From: Malacoraja senta
Lineage: Eukaryota
Direction of reading: 5' to 3'
DNA: 62,000 bases
Assembly: GCA_038087875.1 (NCBI GenBank)
Contig: CM075995.1
Span: 496,001-558,000, forward strand
Made by a program: the position numbers and the translations under genes. Of this stretch, positions 38,286-50,230 are shown piece by piece (position 1 is the first letter of the stretch; the number at the start of each line of letters is the position of its first letter). The notes under the pieces are model-generated. The model was not told the origin of the DNA and made no database searches. It saw nothing but the letters and a program-made list of their open reading frames with translations.

Positions 38286-39830
38286 TGCAATTACCTGACT
38301 TGGGCAGCGCCAGAGACCCGGATTCGATCCTGACTAGGTACGCTTGTCTGTACGGAATTTGTACGTTCACCCTGTGAACTGCATGGGTTTACTCCCGAGT
38401 GCTCTGGTTTCCTCCCACACTCCAAATACATACAGAAAATGGAGGAGGACTGGCCAAAGTTTGTGCCTTCCACCACAGTGATGAATGCTTTGGTGGATGT
38501 TTATGTTACATTTTTATTGTGTGTTTGTGTGTTCTTTTTCATTGTACCGCTGCTGGCAAATTCATTTCACTTGCACTTTATGTGCAAGTGACGAATAAAA
38601 CTGATTGTGATTGTGAGGTAGGTTAAATGGCTTGGTATAATTTAAAATTGTCCCAAGTGTGTGTAGGATAGTGTTAGTGTGCGGGGATCGCAAGTCGGCG
38701 CCGACTCGGTGGGCCAAAGGGCCTGTTTCCGCGCCGTAACTCTAAACTAAACATTAAACATAACCCTGACTATACGAAATATCCTACATTATAAAAAATG
38801 TTGGCATTAATTGAAAGTGGTAAACTTGTAAAATAACGTCAAAAAAACAGAATGTATCACAAAATAATATTTCTGTAAAGAATCTATATTTAACACTCTT
38901 ATTTTAAAATACCACAAAATAGCAAACGATCCAATAATTTAAACCATGTTCCTCAAATCTCCTGGCCCAGAAATTATTAACAAATGCCATTTTAACCATC
39001 CATCATAATATCTATCTGTGACTGTGTGGATATGCAGCAAATTAAAATGGACACGAGGTACAATGGTGGCTTTGTTCTTAACAAACTGCAGTCAAGAGTA
39101 AAAGGGACCATAGCCTTAATCCTTTACTTTAGACTGCGGCAACAGGCCCTTCAGCCCAGCGTGTCCGCACTGACCAGCGATCACCCCGATCACTAGCACT
39201 ATCCTACACACTAGGGACAATTTTACAGCCTACCGGGCCGATTAACCTACAAGACCTGTACGTCTTTGGAGTGCGGGAAGAAACCAGAGCACCTGGAGAA
39301 ATCCCACGCGGTCACAGGAAGGCCCTGTAAGGCAGCAACTCTACCGCACCTAATCCTTGTGCCTATTCTATAACCCTATTGTCTTCCATAAATAACAAGT
39401 TTGAATTTTGACCAAACATTCATAGACATTTTTAAAATACCATATTGGGTGGTTTGGCACTCCTTAACTTGTAATCCTGATTTATCTGCCTTTATCCTAT
39501 TGCCAAAATACCTTGGTAATATGCAGCTCATTAGTTCATAAATTCACATGATAGGAGCAGAATTAGGTCATTCGGCCCAATCACGTCCACTCCGCCATTC
39601 AATCATGGCTGATCTCCCTCCTCAGGAAGTCACCCTCCTAACCCCATTCTCCTGCCTTCTCCCCATAACCCCTGACACCCGTACTAATCAGGAATCTATC
39701 AATCTCTGCCTTCAAAATATTGGCTTGGCCTCCACAGCCTTCTGTGGCAACGAATTCCACAGATTTACCTGGAGTATTGTGTAAGGGGAAAGGGAAACGA
39801 GTGATATAGGATACAAAGATATGCAAAAAA

Positions 39831-40220
39831 GACAATAGACAATAGGTGCAGGAGTAGGTCATTCGGCCCTTCGAGCCAGCACCGCCATTCAATGTGATCA
39901 TGACTGATCGTCCACAATCAGTACCCCGTTCCTGCCTTCTCCCCATATCCCTTGACTCCGCTATCTCCAAGAGCTCTATCTAATTCTCTCTTGAAAGCAT
40001 CCAGGGAACCGCCCTCCACCACCCTCTGAGGCAGATAATTCCACAGACTCATAACTCTGTCTATTGTCTCTGTGTAAAAAAGTGTTTCGTCATCTCCGTT
40101 CTAAATGGCTTACCCCTTATTCTTAAACTGTGGCCCCTGGTTCTGGACTCCCCCAACATCGGGAACATGTTTCCTGCCTCTAGCGTGTCCAAACCCTTAA
40201 TAATCTTATACGTTTCAATT
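39831..40220 (-). mobile_element. CR1-clade LINE 3' fragment
   Basis: Reverse complement of the CR1 3' end seen at 46270-46637. Confidence 0.8.
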
Positions 40221-40671
40221 CAGAAGTAATGATGATAAAGGAAACAGGCCATTGTCAGCTTATTTCTCTAATGTGAAAACAATGCATGACAGGCTGCTGT
40301 TCTCCCACTTTGACATCCAAGTACACTTAGTCTAATCTCTGGGCAATAACATTCAAAAGGCAGCACACCTGTAGCCGGATACATCATTAAGATGGAGACA
40401 CAAGAGACTGCAGGTGCTTGAATCTGGAGCAAAAAAACATGTTGAAGGAACTCGGGTTAAGCAGCAGCTGTGAAGAAAAATGGTTCACAGGTTCTGCCTG
40501 ACCCGCTGGATTCCTCCAAAATTTTGTTTTTTGGAATACTTCAATCATTGAGAGGAAAAACAATGAAAAAAAGATGCAGATGTCTGAATAAATTAACTCC
40601 TGCAATGTGGCATCAAGACATGAGTGTTTACTATATTTGAAGGTGTTTTTTTTTTTAAAAGGTTCTTCTCC

Positions 40672-40990
40672 GCGGCAAGGTGGCACAGCTGTAGAGTTGC
40701 TGCCTTACAGCACTTGCAACGCCAGAGACCCGGGTTCGATCCCGACTACGGGTGCTGTCTGTACGGAGTTTGTACATTCTCCCTGTGACCTGCGTGGACT
40801 TTCTCCGAGATCTTCGGTTTCCTCCCGCACTCAGAAGACGTGCGGGTTTGTAGGTTAATTGGCTTGGTGTATGTGTACATTGTCCCTAGTGTGTGCAGGA
40901 TAGTGTTAATATGCAGGGATCGCTGGTCGGCGCGGACTCGGTGGGCCGAAGGGCCTGTTTCCACGCTGTATCTCTAAACTTAAACTAAAG
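40672..40990 (+). mobile_element. HE1-like tRNA-derived SINE (representative; about 25 copies or fragments in the window)
   Basis: A-box-like GGTGGCACAGCTGTAG, B-box GGTTCGATCC, central domain, CR1-like GGGCCGAAGGGCCTGTTTCC tail and (AAACT)n end. Confidence 0.85.
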
Positions 40991-41174
40991 TTAATTTAAA
41001 ATAAAAATTCTGAACAGTGGTCAATGGCCACAATGGTCAGGGGTAGCACAGTGCCGCAGCGGTAGAGTTGCTGCCTTACAGCACCAGAGAACCCGAGTTC
41101 GATCCTATTCCTAATAGTTTTGAGGAAGCTTTCAAAACAAGTGCAGAGCTACCTCAGTCTTACACAAAATCTGC

Positions 41175-41560
41175 ATGACAACCCAACAGTATGAACATTG
41201 ACTTCTCTAACTTCAAGTAACCCTTGCTTTCCCTCTCTCCATCCCTCCCCCTTCCCAGTTCTCCGACCAGTCTGACTGTCTCCGACTGCATTTTATCTGT
41301 TTGCTTTGTTGTTACCTTCTCCCAGCGAACAATGATCCATTCTACATTTTCCTTGATCTCCATCCCCTTTGTCCTGTTTTCACACTTTACACTTCCTAAT
41401 CTACGTATCTCCTTCTCCCCTGACATCAGTCTGAAGAAGTGTCCCGACCCAAAGCGCCACCCATTCCTTCTCCCCAGAGATGCTGCCTGACCCGCTGAGT
41501 TACTCCAGCATTTTGTGCATATCTTCGGTTTAAACCAGCATCTGCAGTTCCTTCCTTTAC
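41175..41560 (+). mobile_element. Penelope-like element 3' end
   Basis: QPNSMNIDFSNFK* then the same UTR and terminal repeat; an uninterrupted version of 12925-13985. Confidence 0.75.
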
Positions 41561-41846
41561 AGCATTATAAAGTGTCAGTCCATCTGCATCAGTCACACAC
41601 TATTTATTATGCATCCCCCTATCTGGTAAATAAAGTATTTTACCGTCCACGAGCACAACTGAGAAACGTCACGATGAAGCACAAATGTGGATGTATTATG
41701 AGATGATCAAAGTTTGAGAAGAGTGTTATTAGTGAAATAACACAACGGAGCTTGTACGTTCTCCCCGTGACCTGCGTGGGTTTTATTGGAGATCTTCGGT
41801 TCCCTCCCACCCACACTCCAAAGACTTACAGGTTTGTAGGTTAATT

Positions 41847-42447
41847 CAGGCACGGAAATCGCTATCACAACATGGGTCTGTGGGCACCGCTCCCGTCTGA
41901 CTCCCGACGTCTCTGGCCACCCCCCGGGCGTGTGGGGGTGGGGGGGCACTCGGGTGGGGACGGGATGGTCCAGTGGCGGTTCGGCAGCGATTGCGGCGGC
42001 GGAGACCCGGGATTGATCCTGGCTGCGGATGAGGCACAGGTCTGTGTCCAGGGCTGCCGAGAGTGCTTTACGCTTGTGACCCTATGACCTGGACATGCAA
42101 TTCAAGCTCCGCTCCATAATCTTTGCTCCACCAGGACGTCTCCCTCCTCCAATCACCGCGCTCTATCCTCAGTCCCACCCCCAACTTCCGCCTCTGACCG
42201 ACACCTCCCTCCTCCAATCATCGCGCTGAATCATCATGGTCCCCCCCCCCATTGCCTGCTGACCGACGTCTCTCTCGTCCAATCGATGCCCTCGATCAGT
42301 CCCACCCGCACTGTCTCGCGGAAAGCGTAGATTTCACCGAGTTTTAAAATCCAGATTACAAAAAATGGGGGGAAATCGTCCCCCAACTCTCAAAAGGGGG
42401 GGACAACCCCCTGCCCCCCCCCCCCCCCCCCGGGATTTCCGCCCTTG
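41847..42447. mobile_element. Non-autonomous hAT element nested in a SINE
   Basis: TIR CAGGCACGGAAATC / GATTTCCGCCCTTG with exact 8-bp TSD GGTTAATT (41839-41846, 42448-42455). Confidence 0.85.
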
Positions 42448-44519
42448 GGTTAATTGCTTCTGTAAAATTGTGAATTGTCCCTGGTGTGTGTAGGATAGTG
42501 TTAATGTGCGGGGATTGCAGGTTGGCGGGGACCCGGTGCGAACCAAAGTAAACTGCTTACACCAGCAGGTTCACAACCAAGACAGCACTGATTTAAGATA
42601 AAACAGTCGGAAAATTAGCTTTAAAAAAAAAAAGACACTCAGCAGGCTCTGAAATGCAGTGTCTGAAAGAGTGCTGGAGACAGATTTAAGAATAGCTTTT
42701 GATAGGGCATAGGATAATGAAACAGTGAAGGAAGAACAGGGTAGTGCACTAATGGTTTTGGTCTTTCAAAAGTGAGAGATGCCATGGGTCTGAACTGACA
42801 AATACCCTGCCTTTGGGATCTGATAAAAGGTTAGTTTCTGAAAACATTCAACATTTTGAAAACATGTTTCATTAAATATTAAACAAGGGACGTCACAGTG
42901 ATGTAAGCTACTGCCTTACAGCGCCAGAAACCCGGGTTCGATCCTTAACTACAAATGCTCGTCTGTACGGAGTTTGTACGTTCTCCTTATGACAGCGTGG
43001 GTTTTCTCCAAGACATAAAAGGCACAAGACATCAAAGTTTTCTCCAAAGACATAAAAGTTTGCAGGTTAATTGGCTTGGTATAAATGTAAACTGTCCCTG
43101 TGTGTAGGATAGTGGGGATCGCAGGACGGTGCCGACTCGGTGGGCCAAAGGGCCTGTTTCCGCGCTGTATCTCGAAACTAAAAAATAATTCTGAACTCAT
43201 GCTTCATGAAACATTCTGAAGATAAGTTTCAGTCTCAACAGATGCTACTTGACATTCTGCATATTACCAGAGTCTTCTGTTTTCATTTCAGATTTTCTTT
43301 GCGGCATATTATCTTTATTTCACACTTCCCATACCTTCAGGTTTTTGCGTGCATTTTATTTTTGTTTAGTTTAGAGATACAGGGCGAAAACAGGCTAATT
43401 GTTAGTGTGCTCTTGCTCAATACCCATTGTACACTGCAGTGACAAAGGAGAGTCCTTGAAGGTTCAATAAGGATAGTAAATATTGGAATAGTCCAAGGTC
43501 TGGATAGAGTGGATATGGAGAGGATGTTTCCACCAGTGGGAGCGTCTCGGACCAGAGGCCAGAGCCTTAGAATACCAGGACGTACCTTAAAAAGTCGAGG
43601 AAGAATTTATTTAGTCAGCGGGTGGTGAATCTGTGGAATTCATTACCACAGACGGTTGTAGGGGCCAAGTTGATGGATATTTTTAAGGCAGATTCTTGAT
43701 TAGTACAGGTGTCAGGGGTTATGTGGAGAAGACAGGAGAATGGGGTTGAGAGGGGAAGGTAGATCAGCCATGATTGAATGGCAGAGTAGACTGAAGAAGG
43801 GTCTCGAGCCAAAACGTCACTCATTCCTTCTCTCCAGAGATGCTTCTTGTCCTGCTGAGTTACTCCACCTTTTTGTGTCTATCTTCGGCAGAATAGACGT
43901 GATGGGCCGACTGGCTCCTAGAACTTATGAACTTAGAACTGCAGAATATGGAAAAAGTATTCAATGAAAAATCCCCCCATATGAAATGGAAGATAGCGAA
44001 TTCATGGGATGGAGCGGTGATATCGATGAGCATATTGATCAACGGTACAGAAAAGGTGGTATTGGAGATCGTGAGATGCTTTAAGGTGGATAAGTCCCCA
44101 GGGTCTGACCACATGTTATGGGAAGCAAGAATGGAGATATATATCAATTGGGAAAGTGGACAAGGGAATGGTATATAGAATTTAACTGTATAAGCAGATG
44201 CATTCTGGAAAGTTAAACTAGGCCATAGAACATAGAAAAATAGGTGCAGGAGTAGGCTATTCAGCCCTTGACACCCGGCCGTTGACAAGGAAGGGTCCTA
44301 ACTAGGTCAAGATTTTATCAAGTAAATGACCACTTGCAGTCTTTTTAACTACCTTGTGCCACCTTCAGTATATTGTATCGATTGTTCTTGAATAAGGGGG
44401 GGAACTCATTCTTTAGTCAGAGGGTAGTTAATCTGTGGAACTCATTGGCACAGAGTGCCGTGAAGGCCAAGTCAGTAGATATTTTGATGGCAGAGATAGA
44501 CAAATTCTTGATTAGAACG

Positions 44520-45405
44520 GCCATTCAATATGATCACGGCTGATCATCTAAAATCAGTTCCCCGTTCCTGCTCGTTCCCCGTATCCCTTGATTCCTTTCG
44601 CCCCGAGAGTTAAATCTAACTCTCTCTTAAAAATATCCACTGAATTGGCCTCCACTGCCTTCTGTGGCAGAGAATTCCACAGATTCACAACTCTCTTGGT
44701 GAAAAAGTTTTTCCTCATCTCAGTCCTAAATGGCATACCCCTTATTCTTAAACTGTGACCCCTGGTTCTGGACTCCTCCAACATCGGGAACATTTTTCCT
44801 GCATCTACCCTGTCCAATCCTTTAAGAATTTTATATGTTTCTATAAGATCCCCTCCCATCCTTCTAATTTCCAGTGAATACAAGCTCTGTCGACCCATTC
44901 TTTCATCATATGTCAGTCCTGCCATCCCAGGAATTAACCTGGTGAACGTACGCTCCACTCCCTCAATAGCAAGAATGTTCTTCCTCAGATTAGGAGACCA
45001 AAATTGCACACAGTACTCCAGGTGTGGTCTCACCAGGGCCCTGCACAACTGCAGTAGGACCTCCTTGATCCTAAACTCAAATCCTATCGCAATGAAGGTC
45101 AACATGATATTAGCTTTCTTCACTGCCTGGTGTACCTGCATACTTACTTTCAGTGACTGATGTACAAGCACACCCAGGTCTCGTTGCACCTCCCCAACAT
45201 CATTTAAAGAATAACCTGCCTTCCTGTTCTTGCCACTAAAATGGATAACCTCACATTTATCCACATTACACTGCATCTGCCATGCATCTGCCCACTCACC
45301 CAACCTATCCAAGTCACCCTGCAGCCTGATAGCATCCTCCTTGTAGCTCACACTGCCACCCAGCTTGTGTCACCCGCAAACTTAGAGATGTCTCATTTAA
45401 TTCCT
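44520..45405 (-). mobile_element. CR1-clade LINE RT C-terminal fragment
   Basis: ORF 44554-45351: LQGDLDRLGEWADAWQMQCNVDKCEVIH...LVRPHLEYCVQFWSP...VVNLWNSLP. Confidence 0.9.
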
Positions 45406-46269
45406 TCGTTTGTGAATTTATGGAATTCCCTGCCACAGAGGACATCCCACCCTGCCAACCACCTTTTCACTCTGCTACCCTCTGGGAGGCGATTCGGGTC
45501 TCTGAAGGTTCTAAAAAATAGTTTCTACCCATGTACGATAAAAGAACTTAATTCCAACAGAGAACACTGGGGAAGCAACATGTAATTCCAAGAAATGCAA
45601 CATTCTTTTAAAATTCTTTTTAAATACTTATTTATTATTTTTACTAATAAGTGTAAATATGTGTCAATGGTTGTCGTGTTTGAATTTTTTAACCGGAGGA
45701 GATGCAATGGAATTTCGTTGCACAGTATTGTGCAATGACAATAAACGTATTCATCATCTTCATCATCATTGGAGGCCAAGTCACTGGATGGATTTAAGAG
45801 AGAGTTAGATAGAGCTCTAGGGGCTAGTGGAGTCAAGGGATATGGGGAGAAGGCAGGCACGGGTTATTGATAGGGGACGATCAGCCATGATCACAATGAA
45901 TGGCGGTGCTGGCTCGAAGGGCCGAATGGCCTCCTCCTGCACCTATTTTCTATGTTTCTATGTCTAAATCGTTAATATATATTGTAAATTACTGGGGTCC
46001 CAGCACCAAGTCTTGGCACTCTACTAGTCACGGCAGGATATAGCAGGGTGTTTAAGAAGGAACTGCAGATGCTGGAAAATCGAAGGTAGACAAAAATGCT
46101 GGAGAAACTCAGCGGGTGAGGCAGCAGGGCCCTGGGAAGTCTGTACGAAGGAATTGCAGATGCTGGTTTACACCGAAAATAGACACAAAAATGCTGGAGT
46201 AATAAATCAGTGGAAGCATCTCTGAAGAAGGGTCTCGACCCATAACGTCACCCATTCTTCTCTCCCGAG

Positions 46270-46637
46270 ATATAAGATTGTTAAGGGCTTGAACACGCTA
46301 GAGGCAGGAAACATGTTCCCGATGTTGGGGGAGTCCAGAACCAGGGGCCACAATTTAAGAATAAGGAGTAAGCCATTTAGAACAGAGACGAGGAAACACT
46401 TTTTCTCACAGAGAGTGGTGAGTCTGTGGAATTCTCTGCCTCAGAGGGCGGTGGAGGCAGGTTCTCTGGATGCTTTCAAGAGAGAGCTAGATAGGGCTCT
46501 TAAAGATAGCGGAGTCAGGGGATATGGGGAGAAGGCAGGAACGGGGTACTGATTGGGGATGATCAGCCATGATCACATTGAATGGCGGTGCTGGCTCGAA
46601 GGGCCAAATGGCCTGCTCCTGCACCTATTGTCTATTG
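46270..46637 (+). mobile_element. CR1-clade LINE 3' fragment
   Basis: ESRTRGHNLRIR...QRVVSLWNSLP plus the same 3' UTR. Confidence 0.85.
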
Positions 46638-47460
46638 AGATGCTGCCCGTCTCGCTGAGTTACTCGGACATTCCTTGTCTCTTGTTGAGAAATAGTTCGG
46701 TATTCCAGCATTTTGTGTCTATCTCCGGTGTAAACCAGCATCTGCAGCTCCTTCCTGCACAGTTCGGTATTTTTCGTTGTATTATCGTAAACACACAACG
46801 CAAACCTTTGCCGGCGTCGCAAATGTGAAGTCAAATGACGAAGTCAATAGACTTTTCGCCGCGCACAAGATCTTGATCCAACCCACCCACCCACCCACTC
46901 TAATCCAAGCGATCTGTTAGATCACAACGTCGTAAATATATCCGAATACAGATAGATGCTTAGATTTTACACCAGTTATAAATGCCTTCTACGGGGCCTT
47001 CCCTGCCACAAACACTTTCAACTGAACACAGTGTAATAACTGAAATAACTTGTCCAATTAACCGTTCCCTTAAAGGACAAGCCAAGTAACGCCCCCCTCC
47101 CCGGGCGGGCCAGTTATAGAGAGCCGCTCCTTCAACAACAAACAACGGCGGAATCTCAGCGTGAGTGGCCGGTGGAGGAAGCTCGCCACACCTGCTATTC
47201 AAGTCGTTGTGTTTCATGGGACTGGCGGCATTTGGGTTCGTTGGAGGAAGGACATGCAGACGCTGGTTTACACCGAAGATCAACATTGGAGTAACTCAGC
47301 GGGGACGGGCAGCATCTCTGGAGAGAAGGAATGGGTGACGCTTCGTTCGGGTCGAGACACCTTCTCCACACTTCAGAATATAGATCGTTGTTAGCTGAGG
47401 GGAAGGTGCCAACGGGGCACACAAGCGGTTCAATTTAACCAGGAGGACAGTCAAAGTAAA

Positions 47461-47560
47461 TGGGGGAGGGAAGGAGGGAGAGGGAAGGAGGGAGAGGGAA
47501 GGAGGGGGAGGGAAGGAGGGGGAGGGAAGGAGGGGGAGGGAAAGAGGGAGAGAGGGAGAA
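47461..47560 (+). repeat. Polypurine GGGAAGGAGGGGGA-type repeat
   Basis: About 7 copies of a roughly 14-bp pure G/A unit adjoining a minus-strand Penelope 3' fragment. Confidence 0.85.
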
Positions 47561-48023
47561 AGCAAGGGTTACTTGAAGTTGTAAGCTGCCCAAGCGAAAT
47601 ATGAAGATGGCTTGGATTTACGACCTTTGTGGGGGTGGGGGTGGGGGTCAGTTCTGCGTCTCTCCGACAAGCCAATTGCAAAGCGACCCATCCAGCCTGG
47701 TGGCTTGTACAAAACAATTATTTATTTACCAAGTTCTGGAAGCAGAGTAAGGCCATTCCCATCGAGTCTCTACTCCGCTATTCAATCATGCCTGACCCAT
47801 CTTTCCCTCTCAACCCAATTCTCCTGCCTTCTCCCCATAAACCCCTGACACCCGCACTGATCAACAATCTGCCAATCTCCGCCTTCAAAAATATCCATTG
47901 ACGACCTCCACAGCCGTTTGTGGCATAGCCAAGAATTATTTTATAATATATATATATATACAGACCTGGGATAGATTTACAACTTTTTTTTTTTAAAGCA
48001 AAGGAGAGCATTAACACCAGTAG

Positions 48024-48267
48024 GTTACACAAAAATGCTGGAGAAACTCAGCGCGTGCAGCAGCATCTATGGAGCGAAGGAGATAGGCAACGTTTCGGGC
48101 CGAAACCCTTCTTCAGACACCCCCCCCCCACATCAGTCTGAAGAAGGATTTCGGCCAGAAACGTTGCCTATCTCCTTCGTTCCATAGATGCTGCCGCACC
48201 CGCTGAGTTTCTCCAGCATTTTTGCGTAGCCTTCGATTTTCCAGCATCTGCAGTTCCTTCTTCAACA
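48024..48267. mobile_element. Inverted-pair mini-Penelope element with hammerhead-like cores
   Basis: Palindromic arms around a short spacer. TSD ATTAACACCAGTAG (48010-48023, 48268-48281). Confidence 0.8.
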
Positions 48268-48752
48268 ATTAACACCAGTAGTTTGGAGTTAAACTAAAAA
48301 CAGGTGGGGCGAGCTTAAACTGGGTACGTTTACAAGAGCGTCTATAGAAAGACGCACACAGTGGAACTAGCAGCGTGGGGAGGAGCCGAGTCTCTCCTGT
48401 CACCCCCCCACAAACACAAACAACCCAACATCGCCTTGAAACAAACTGATCTTCACACCCAGTCCTTCAAAAATTGCACAGATCGAACCACACCCTGCGG
48501 GCGAGTGCAAATATAAGCCATAAAAGGCGGGTTCTGGTGAACCCAACTCATCGCACACAATTCACCCCGAATAATCAATGACTCCATCAATGTCAAATTA
48601 CCGACACAGCACGGTTAATGTTGACCGATTGCTCATCGCTGTTATTTCAACCTCGTCTCTCGTTCTTCCCAACATCCTTTTCTTGGCTGTTGAGCTGTAT
48701 ATCTTTGGGTACTTGCCAACATTAGCTTTCCTTTTTTCTCTCTGTCACACAC

Positions 48753-48756
<4 letters not shown>

Positions 48757-48827
<71 letters not shown>
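48757..48827. repeat. (TA)n microsatellite
   Basis: About 35 uninterrupted TA units. Confidence 0.97.
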
Positions 48828-48830
<3 letters not shown>

Positions 48831-49295
48831 AGGGGAAGCGGGGAGACCACGTCTTCTGTCTGTGGACATTTGATGGAGTCTAGCAGATGTATTATTCGAT
48901 TCGACTGCGCCTCCTTGAAACCGACCGGAGACTTTTTAATCTCAGCTCCGGACGCGGTCGTGGGTTTCTGGCGCCGATTGCCGGCTCAACATGTATCGCC
49001 TTCCACTCTTCCTTCTCCCCCCCACCCACCCCACACCACCCAACTTCACTCCAAATCCCACCCCTCCCTCTTCCCCTTCCCCTTCCCTTGCACACATTTG
49101 TTTGTTTTTAATGGAACTAACAGATTTGTTGTTTTGCGCGTCTGATTTTAAACCTCTCCTCGGGCGTTCGTTGTTATGGAGATAAATAGATTGTAATGAG
49201 TGGAGGGAGGGAGGGGAACAAAATGTTTTGCCTCGCTTGTGTTGTGGATACGCACTTATTTTTGGGAAGGGGATAGATATGGTGGTGGGTATTAC

Positions 49296-49392
49296 CTGTT
49301 GTCTGCCTTAGACGTGTTGGGACAGGGCGGCGGATGGAGAACAGTCTGGTTTTCTTCCATTTCCACCACACACTTGGTGTTGAGGTCCATCT
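49296..49392 (-). CDS. KIF13A: KIF13A coding exon 2 (97 bp)
   Basis: ttctgcag|AG ATG GAC CTC AAC ACC AAG TGT GTG GTG GAA ATG...GAC AAC AG|gtaat = (E)MDLNTKCVVEMEENQTVLHPPPCPNTSKADN(R). In frame with exon 1. NTKCVVEME.NQTVLHPPP matches KIF13A better than KIF13B. Confidence 0.93.
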
Positions 49393-49426
49393 CTGCAGAA
49401 CATCAGTCAACACGTTAGCAGAAAGT

Positions 49427-49525
49427 CCACCACCCAAGTCTCCCTCTCTCTCCCCACCCAAGTCTCCCTCTCTCTCCCCACCCAAGTCTCCCTCTCTCTC
49501 CCCCCCACCTACCAAGTTTCTCCCT
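49427..49525. repeat. 24-bp tandem repeat in KIF13A intron 1
   Basis: CCACCCAAGTCTCCCTCTCTCTCC three times plus a degenerate fourth copy. Confidence 0.85.
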
Positions 49526-49682
49526 CTTTTCCTCCCCACTCCCCCACTCCCTCCCTCCACTATCAACGATGAATGCGATCAATGCAGAATGTTCGTGTCG
49601 ACAACAATTCAAAACACTCACAGAAAGTGCAATGGCTATTGGCTATTTTTAAGGCAGATTGGTGTACGTGAATTGTGCTCAC

Positions 49683-49737
49683 CTCGTCGGTTCATGGGCC
49701 GGACTCTCACTGCAACTTTCACCTTGGAATCCGACAT
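49683..49737 (-). CDS. KIF13A: Kinesin-3 motor KIF13A, coding exon 1 (55 bp)
   Basis: Minus strand reads aaaATG TCG GAT TCC AAG GTG AAA GTT GCA GTG AGA GTC CGG CCC ATG AAC CGA CGA G|gtgagc = MSDSKVKVAVRVRPMNRR(E), the KIF13 N-terminus. Canonical phase-1 donor; CpG-rich context. Confidence 0.95.
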
Positions 49738-50230
49738 TTTCACACACTTTCCTTCACTCACTCACTCTCTCTCTCTCCCAACTTGCACTTAATTCCTCGG
49801 TTGCTCAGTCTGCCGCGAAACTCTTCTCCCCGGCTCCTTCGTGCAAACGCCCAGCACAAAACCACGGGTCCATTACTCGAGACGGAGTTTAAAAAAAAGG
49901 GCAAAGGGAGCTCCTCTTGTGTTTGTGTGGGTGGGTTTTTTTTTTCCCCCTCCACTCTCTCCTTTGCCTAACCAGAGATGTTCCAATCCTCTCCCTTCAT
50001 CGCCGCCGTCGCCGCCATGTTACAGGCGTTCAATCAGTCAAAGCCGGGAGCCGCGGAGATTCCCGAAAACGCGGAGACCAGACGCCCGACTCGACTCGAC
50101 TCGACTGGATCTCCGCACTTGGCGGAAAGAGCCGAGGGCAGGGCAGGGCGCTCGGGCTCTTCACCCCAGGCAACGCGGTCGCTGCCACGGAAACACCCGA
50201 ATGGACTCGGGTCAAGCACAAGCCCAAGAG
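49738..50230 (-). promoter_or_regulatory. KIF13A: KIF13A 5' UTR and CpG-rich promoter
   Basis: CpG-rich unique sequence directly upstream of the ATG. Contains a YY1-like AACATGGCG (about 50013-50021), an RFX X-box-like GTTTCCGTGGCAGC (50181-50194) and a short (CGACT)n run at about 50088-50106. TSS unknown. Confidence 0.7.

Larger units (their letters stand above)
1..49295 (-). other. KIF13A: Probable KIF13A intron 2 (at least 49 kb, TE-filled)
   Basis: No further kinesin motor exon recognised to the left of exon 2. Human KIF13A also has a short intron 1 and a very long intron 2. A very short exon 3 could have been missed by eye. Confidence 0.65.

Noticed and set aside
40672..40750. tRNA genes at SINE heads
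   Set aside because: A and B boxes run straight into SINE body and tail; no complete cloverleaf or terminator.
1..49295. KIF13A microexon 3 (RKPPK-like)
   Set aside because: No matching AG-flanked and GT-flanked sequence found by eye. It probably lies beyond the window, but a spliced alignment is needed.
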